Position numbers and translations under genes: made by a program. From positions 4,498-68,497 of the forward strand of contig JAJZBD010000005.1 of NCBI GenBank assembly GCA_021799085.1: a stretch of 64,000 nt of DNA, read 5' to 3'. The stretch comes from Nanobdellota archaeon (GTDB lineage: Archaea > Nanobdellota > Nanobdellia > Parvarchaeales > Parvarchaeaceae). A model generated the notes under the pieces. The model searched no databases, was not told the origin of the DNA, and saw only the letters and a list, made by a program, of their open reading frames with translations. Positions 59,007-64,000 of this stretch are shown here, one piece after another (the stretch's first letter is position 1; each line of letters opens with the position of its first letter).

Positions 59007-59480
59007 TTAAATGTATTCTTTAACTGCACTGCCAGCAATGGCTTTCACAGACAGCTTTTTCACAGAAAATTCAAGTGCTTCTCCAAGAACCGGAACTTCA
59101 TAGAATCCTGCTTCTGTGCCCCTGAAACCATAACTTTCTTCAAGCTCTTTCTTGATTTTATTGACCTTATCTGCCTGATAACCATAGTTCAACAGTATCT
59201 CAATGTTTCCCTTTCCGCTGCTCTTGTAATCCCTAAAAGCGCCTTTAATAATCGAATAAACCACTCTTCTAAGCTTGTTGTCGTTTTCAAAGTACTTTGG
59301 ATTTATGCAATATTTTACTGAACTGCCAAAAGAAAACTTGGCGTATTTTCTATTGATACTTACCGAGTCATTGCCGCTTCTTTTAGCGGCAGTTAGCAGC
59401 AGATCGTATAGAGAATTGTCCAACCCCATGATTGCACTTCCACCTGAATTCATTAAAAGATCCTTTAATCGCTGTTCCAT
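59007..59480 (-). CDS. hypothetical protein (third gene of RHH/PAPS-reductase-like operon)
   Basis: 157 aa, no motif; start 1 nt after upstream stop. Confidence 0.3.
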   Translation of the reverse strand: MEQRLKDLLMNSGGSAIMGLDNSLYDLLLTAAKRSGNDSVSINRKYAKFSFGSSVKYCINPKYFENDNKLRRVVYSIIKGAFRDYKSSGKGNIEILLNYGYQADKVNKIKKELEESYGFRGTEAGFYEVPVLGEALEFSVKKLSVKAIAGSAVKEYI

Positions 59481-59481
59481 C

Positions 59482-60312
59482 TTACATGTAGCCGAAAAGC
59501 CTGAGTTTTTCCATTACTCCTTCCTTGTCCTGTGATCTGCCTGCTCTTTCTTTTGTATGCTCTAAGTCCTGTTCCCATGCAGGCAAATCGCTTGTCTTCT
59601 TTGAATCCAATTTACCATCTATTGACCTATATCCGAGCTTGTACAAAGGATGCATTGGCAATTTGTACTTGAAAATATATCCCCAAACGTTCCTTTCAGT
59701 AAAAGGCAGTATCGGCTGTACCCTTACATGATCCGGATGCGTTCTCGGGCTTATGAAAACCTCCATAGACCTTGCTTCATTTTCATCCCACCTAACACCA
59801 GTAAATAGCGCATCGAACCTGTACTTTTCGATTGCCATGTTCATCGCAACTGTTTTCAATAAATGGTTTCCGACCTCTGTTTCTAAGCTGTAATCAAACT
59901 CTTCTCCGTTGAATCCTATTCTTCTAGCTTCATCCTGGTTAACCTTGTTAAGACTGCTGAGCTTTATTTTGTTGTCCTTCCCTACATTTTTTATAACGTC
60001 CTCATTCTTTGCATATACCATCTTAAAGCCCCATTCATTGCTTATGTCTTCAAGCATCTTCATGGTTTCATCGTAATGCTGTCCGTGGTCTATAAATAAT
60101 GCAGGAGGCAACTGCATCCCCAAATCCTTACATGCCCGTCTTACAAGGTCCAAAACCACTGTGCTGTCTTTTCCAGCACTCCAAACAACCGTAGGCCGGT
60201 TGTATCTTTTCAATGCATCCTTTATTACTATAAGCGCAATTTCTTCCTTTGCTTCTAAACTCAACCCACCTTCTATTCTTTGTTTTTTTACAGAATATTG
60301 TTCATTTTCCAT
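59482..60312 (-). CDS. PAPS-reductase-family PP-loop protein (Cys-less variant)
   Basis: VVWSAGKDSTVVLDLV PP-loop; ...HPLYKLGYRSIDG corresponds to the PAPS-reductase PLxxWxxxDVWxYI/GYxSIGC region but lacks the Cys; ends ...MEKLRLFGYM. Confidence 0.55.
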   Translation of the reverse strand: MENEQYSVKKQRIEGGLSLEAKEEIALIVIKDALKRYNRPTVVWSAGKDSTVVLDLVRRACKDLGMQLPPALFIDHGQHYDETMKMLEDISNEWGFKMVYAKNEDVIKNVGKDNKIKLSSLNKVNQDEARRIGFNGEEFDYSLETEVGNHLLKTVAMNMAIEKYRFDALFTGVRWDENEARSMEVFISPRTHPDHVRVQPILPFTERNVWGYIFKYKLPMHPLYKLGYRSIDGKLDSKKTSDLPAWEQDLEHTKERAGRSQDKEGVMEKLRLFGYM

Positions 60313-60321
60313 GTTTACCTC

Positions 60322-60543
60322 CTACATATAACCCAGTTTCCTGAGCTTATCCTCAAGATCAAGCACCCGCTCGTCTTTTTCTTCCCTTCTCTTTTTTTCT
60401 TCGTTGCTTTCCGAGACCAGCTCTCTAAGCAGGTATTCTACAAAGCTTGAAAGCGATGTGAAACCCGTTTTCTCTATAAGCTTTTTGGCCTTATCAGCCA
60501 AAGGCTTAGGTATCGAAACCGTTGTAAATTTTTGTTCATCCAT
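60322..60543 (-). CDS. ribbon-helix-helix (CopG/Arc-like) DNA-binding protein
   Basis: 73 aa; TTVSIPKPLADKAKKLIEKTGFTSLSSFVEYLLRELV = beta-strand + two helices; ends ...LEDKLRKLGYM. Confidence 0.55.
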   Translation of the reverse strand: MDEQKFTTVSIPKPLADKAKKLIEKTGFTSLSSFVEYLLRELVSESNEEKKRREEKDERVLDLEDKLRKLGYM

Positions 60544-60546
60544 AAT

Positions 60547-60574
60547 TACTAATAATTATATATAATTATTAGTA
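60547..60574. promoter_or_regulatory. 28-bp perfect palindrome TACTAATAATTATATATAATTATTAGTA immediately upstream of the RHH gene start; candidate operator overlapping TATA box
   Basis: Read directly from sequence; reverse complement identical; centre TATATATA 4-30 nt upstream of the RHH ATG (60543). Confidence 0.45.
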
Positions 60575-60615
60575 TAAATACTTTTCCTTTTAAAAAATAG
60601 CGAAATAAAAAATGA

Positions 60616-60945
60616 TTACATTGAAAACAGAATAAAACCTAGAACAATCAGTGGCAATGCAATTGCATCGCCGTAGAACCCTGAGATGTAAGTACCTTGT
60701 ATAAACGAAGATGTAACCAATGCCGGATTCAAAACATACTGAACCAATGTAGCTATATAGCTGGCTGAAATAGCGAGCATTCCTGCAAATATAATAATCA
60801 AACCAATTACCTTCTTCTTCGGATTTGCAAAAAATAGAACCAAAAACCGTTCCATCTTTCGCATGTTAAAATAGAACATAAAGAAGGTAAGTACCCACGC
60901 GGCTGCAATTAAAAGCGCAATAGGAAGCGGAATGCTGAAACTCAT
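60616..60945 (-). CDS. small hypothetical membrane protein
   Basis: 109 aa, 3 TM helices; start overlaps (ATGA) stop of upstream gene. Confidence 0.3.
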   Translation of the reverse strand: MSFSIPLPIALLIAAAWVLTFFMFYFNMRKMERFLVLFFANPKKKVIGLIIIFAGMLAISASYIATLVQYVLNPALVTSSFIQGTYISGFYGDAIALPLIVLGFILFSM

Positions 60946-61430
60946 GAGAACCTCCGAAAGTAATTAAAGTAAAGATCATATGAAAAACCCGCCACCAAAA
61001 GAGATAAAATAGCTAGAAGCCAAAAGGCTGCAACTAAACCATACGCTAGAAATATCTGTGTAACCGCATTTACTGCAAAAACCACCGTAGCCAAGAAGCC
61101 GAATAGAAGCAGAATCTCTATTCTCTTAATAAAAACCTTAGACCGCCCTTTATTCAGAAAAAAACCGGCCCATGGAGCCCTATCCTTTGCATGCTTAGCA
61201 TTGACAAGTAATATCAATGCTATAAAAATAACTGTCACTAATGCGCCTATCAAAGTTACTACCCTTGCAGTTATCAATGCAATTTCAACGAAGTATGTAA
61301 AACTGACGATGGTTATTGGCTTGAATACAACTGAGAAAGACGCGCCTATATCTCCGCCTATAGCTATGACCGCAATTATGCTTACTATTATAAGAACAAT
61401 CAAATTAAGCTTTGTTTGATTAAACTGCAT
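60942..61430 (-). CDS. hypothetical membrane protein
   Basis: 162 aa, 4 TM helices. Confidence 0.3.
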   Translation of the reverse strand: MQFNQTKLNLIVLIIVSIIAVIAIGGDIGASFSVVFKPITIVSFTYFVEIALITARVVTLIGALVTVIFIALILLVNAKHAKDRAPWAGFFLNKGRSKVFIKRIEILLLFGFLATVVFAVNAVTQIFLAYGLVAAFWLLAILSLLVAGFSYDLYFNYFRRFS

Positions 61431-61480
61431 ATTACCAATTGTCTTTCTAGCAATATAAATTTTAAAATCGAATAAAAATG

Positions 61481-62629
61481 TTAGTTATAATGCTTTATTT
61501 TTTCTGGATCGAACAGGTAATCTCCAACCTTGTCCTTCATTCCTTCCTTTTTAGTCTTCAATGACTCCAAGAAATTGGATATTGTTTCAGCTGCCATTTC
61601 CTTCATCTCGCCGCTTAGCATCTTGCCTGATTTGTATTCTTGGTACACTTTGTCTACTTTGCTTTGGTCTTCTTCTAAAAAGCTGTATTCTAGGAATGCA
61701 AAGTCTATATCGGGATTTGCCCCGTACTTTCTCTGCTCCTCCAATGTGTCCTTGCCGCCGGAAAATGCATATTTCATTAATTTCTTTCTTACTTGCTCTT
61801 TACTGTCCTCTAAAAATATTGCGCTTTCTTCCTTTGAAGACGACATCTTTGCCGAATTGCCCTGAAGAGCTGGAAGAAACTTTGAGATTATTGCAGATGG
61901 CTTGTAATACCCCAATTTAGGAAGCACGTCCCTTGCAACCCTGAAATAAGGGTCCTGATCTATTGCATATGGTATTAGACACCTCATTTTCTTTCCGGCT
62001 AAGGCTGAAAGAAGGAAAGCAGGAGTTATCTGCATTGAAGGAAAGAAGAGCTTCCCTATATTATCGCTGTCATTAACACCAAAAACGGCCTTTACGGTTG
62101 ATACTGTAATGTGCTTTGCGACGTCTGTTGCGTAATAATATAGAGTTTTAGCGCTTTCGTAATCCGCTATTATGTGTGTCTTCTTTGGATCAAAACCCAA
62201 GCTTATTATATCAAGTATGTTGTCATTTGTAAATTTCTCTATCTCACTCTTTTCCTTGCTGCCTACGAGAAACTTCTCGTCGTCCGTCAGCTGTATCAGT
62301 AAATCAACATTGAATGTTTTCTGCAGCCAAAGCGTGAATGTGAATGGCAGCAAGTGACCTATGTGCATCTTTCCCGAAGGACCCCTGCCAGTGTAAAGAT
62401 AGAAAGGCCTGCCGCTTTCATAATCATCTAAAACAAGGTTAAGCTCCCTGTGTGCAAAGAAAACCTTTCTGCTAAGAAGAGGATGCAGCTTTCCATTTGC
62501 AATCTTTTTTATTCTATTCAATAGGTTATCGCTTATTAAATCAACACCGAATTTCTCAACTAATTTAGAGTAAGCATTATCGTTTAGCTCCCCGCTTACT
62601 TCCCAAGGCGTTACATTGAGCTTTTCCAT
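61481..62629 (-). CDS. trpS: tryptophanyl-tRNA synthetase (archaeal/eukaryotic type)
   Basis: FYLYTGRGPSGKMHIGHLLPF (HIGH), AIDQDPYFRVARD, KMSSSK; colinear with eukaryotic TrpRS. Confidence 0.85.
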   Translation of the reverse strand: MEKLNVTPWEVSGELNDNAYSKLVEKFGVDLISDNLLNRIKKIANGKLHPLLSRKVFFAHRELNLVLDDYESGRPFYLYTGRGPSGKMHIGHLLPFTFTLWLQKTFNVDLLIQLTDDEKFLVGSKEKSEIEKFTNDNILDIISLGFDPKKTHIIADYESAKTLYYYATDVAKHITVSTVKAVFGVNDSDNIGKLFFPSMQITPAFLLSALAGKKMRCLIPYAIDQDPYFRVARDVLPKLGYYKPSAIISKFLPALQGNSAKMSSSKEESAIFLEDSKEQVRKKLMKYAFSGGKDTLEEQRKYGANPDIDFAFLEYSFLEEDQSKVDKVYQEYKSGKMLSGEMKEMAAETISNFLESLKTKKEGMKDKVGDYLFDPEKIKHYN

Positions 62630-62662
62630 CCAATTTAAAAGCCATCCAAATATTAATAATGA

Positions 62663-63379
62663 TTAACCCACTACCTCTAAGAGCTGCTTAAGCTCGTGTA
62701 TAACTGCATCTGGTTCATGAACTCCTGTGTTAGGTGGTAAATATTTGTCTATAAGAACTGCTTTCATTCCTGCTTCTTTTGCATTGTCTATGTCTGCATC
62801 CATTCTGTCTCCTATTACCAGCGTATCTTCTGGCCCTACATCCAAAAGCCTAGCAAGCTCAATAAAAGGTATGGGGCTGTTTTTCCTCTGCGGTATGTCT
62901 TCTCCAGCTATCAAAACAGCATCAAACAACTTTGTAAAGTTTAGGCTGTTTAGCCTTCTCCTCTTCAAACCAGGCCGTACATCTGTGTCTGTCAAAAGCC
63001 CTAATTTTTTGCCCATTGATTTTAAGGCCTTGAGAACCTCCTCCGTATCTTTTGGGTATTCTATTTTTTCCAGTATGAAATCATAGAATATCTGTGCTAG
63101 CTTTTCCACCTGCATTTCATCCATGTTAAGTGATAGGTTCTCGTTCAATTTCTTTATAACTGCCTTCCTATCATACTGCCTTGAAACCAATGGAACATCG
63201 TCGATTACTTCCTTCTGTGCCTTTAAAAGCTGCTGCATCAAGTAACCGCTATCAAGTCCAGAGCTTGAAGAAATCAATTCAACAACCTTTGAATATGCAC
63301 CACTTATCGCAGAATGCGTATCTACTAGAGTATTGTCAAAATCAAATATCAATGCCTTTGCTTTAATCTTCTCTGACAT
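62663..63379 (-). CDS. HAD-superfamily hydrolase
   Basis: ALIFDFDNTLVDT (motif I DxDxT); GDRMDAD late motif. Confidence 0.7.
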   Translation of the reverse strand: MSEKIKAKALIFDFDNTLVDTHSAISGAYSKVVELISSSSGLDSGYLMQQLLKAQKEVIDDVPLVSRQYDRKAVIKKLNENLSLNMDEMQVEKLAQIFYDFILEKIEYPKDTEEVLKALKSMGKKLGLLTDTDVRPGLKRRRLNSLNFTKLFDAVLIAGEDIPQRKNSPIPFIELARLLDVGPEDTLVIGDRMDADIDNAKEAGMKAVLIDKYLPPNTGVHEPDAVIHELKQLLEVVG

Positions 63380-63383
63380 TTAA

Positions 63384-63566
63384 TCAGTCTTTTCTTTTAC
63401 CGTTTACGGTTTTATTGTTCCAGGCATAAGCCTTAAGTTTTGAACTTCTTCCGTAGCCGCAATGTGAACAGTAATGCTTCCTTTTAAGGTAAGACTCCTT
63501 GCCGCATCTTCTACACGTTACATGCGGCTGTTTTCTATTGTGCAAACCCATTGATGCTGTGCTCAT
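63384..63566 (-). CDS. rpl37e: 50S ribosomal protein L37e
   Basis: 60 aa; GLHNRKQPHVTCRRCGKESYLKRKHYCSHCGY zinc ribbon typical of L37e. Confidence 0.8.
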   Translation of the reverse strand: MSTASMGLHNRKQPHVTCRRCGKESYLKRKHYCSHCGYGRSSKLKAYAWNNKTVNGKRKD

Positions 63567-63799
63567 ATAGTTGGAGAGATAAGGATTATCGTGTCACCCC
63601 TTACAAATACGTTTCCCAGCTTTCTAAGAGTATCTGCGTCTTTCTTTTCTTCTGCATTCTCCAAAGTAACGTTTATATGAACGTCAAACGCTACTAATTT
63701 GCCGGTTATAGCATGACCATTCTTAAGCTCTACCAAAACCATTTTTCCCTTTGCTGAATTCAACAGATCCAAAGGCCTACTCAAAACATTTTCTGACAT
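63563..63799 (-). CDS. Sm-like archaeal protein (LSm/SmAP)
   Basis: 78 aa; Sm1/Sm2 motifs ...VELKNGHAITGKLVAFDVHINVTLENAEE...VFVRGDTIILI; conserved L37e-LSm pair. Confidence 0.8.
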   Translation of the reverse strand: MSENVLSRPLDLLNSAKGKMVLVELKNGHAITGKLVAFDVHINVTLENAEEKKDADTLRKLGNVFVRGDTIILISPTI

Positions 63800-63802
63800 A
63801 AC

Positions 63803-64000
63803 TAATCTCCATAACCTCCCATTCCACCAGGCGGCATCTGCGGCTGCTGATTTGCAGACTTGCCTGCTGCTATTATATCGTCTATCCTAAGGATCATAAC
63901 AGCGACTTCGCTTGCACTCTTTATCGCCTGTTTTTTTGTCCTTAAAGGCTCGATTACTCCTTCTTTATACATATCAGACACCTGAGGTTTATATACATCT
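63803..64000 (-). CDS. ths: thermosome (group II chaperonin) subunit, C-terminal part; gene continues beyond window
   Basis: Minus-strand translation ends ...[29 protein letters not shown] = thermosome C-terminal GGM tail. Confidence 0.7.

Noticed and set aside
1-64000. CRISPR arrays, integrases/transposases, rRNA genes
   Set aside because: No regularly spaced direct repeats and no recombinase or transposase motifs were seen in any frame. tRNA-flanked islets are therefore described as remnants or accessory modules, not as intact mobile elements.

Overview
This is an AT-rich (roughly mid-30s % GC) archaeal chromosomal window. Gene content points to a euryarchaeon of the Thermoplasmata type: AglB/STT3, archaeal PheRS alpha and beta, eukaryote-like TrpRS, thermosome, Cbf5, TFE, PCNA, aEF-1beta, L21e/L37e/L40e, LSm and Hel308. 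Coding density is high. Housekeeping genes include six aminoacyl-tRNA synthetases (Ser, Phe alpha/beta, Val, class-II Lys, Trp), ribosomal proteins (L21e, S2, L40e, L37e), enolase, RNase J, KsgA and N-glycosylation genes (AglB and a flippase). Several conserved archaeal gene pairs are present: L21e-RpoF-DUF655, cmk-cbf5, eno-rps2, L37e-LSm, Zn-ribbon-aEF1B, SAMP-NcsA and SQR-DUF1641. Eight tRNA genes, all on the minus strand, were found by eye. Three of them (Trp, Arg, Ile) carry anticodon-loop introns. Two are near-identical tRNA-Leu copies that differ at the wobble base. No CRISPR array, integrase or transposase is visible. Most interesting observations: (1) cbf5 is interrupted by an in-frame TGA inside a 12-nt insertion that sits exactly in the catalytic GTLDP motif. 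(2) A tRNA-Ile-adjacent islet encodes an RHH regulator, a Cys-less PAPS-reductase-family protein and unknown proteins, with a 28-bp perfect palindrome over the RHH promoter. (3) The RHH and PAPS-reductase-like proteins share a C-terminal ...KLRxxGYM tail. (4) A 726-aa tandem metallophosphoesterase sits next to a DHH phosphoesterase. (5) Several tRNA-flanking accessory bits are present: an AbiEii-like remnant, a PD-(D/E)xK-like ORF and a coiled-coil/wHTH cluster. (6) A 45-aa zinc-ribbon gene is missing from the ORF track. All functional calls rest on motif and architecture recognition by eye; no database searches were run.
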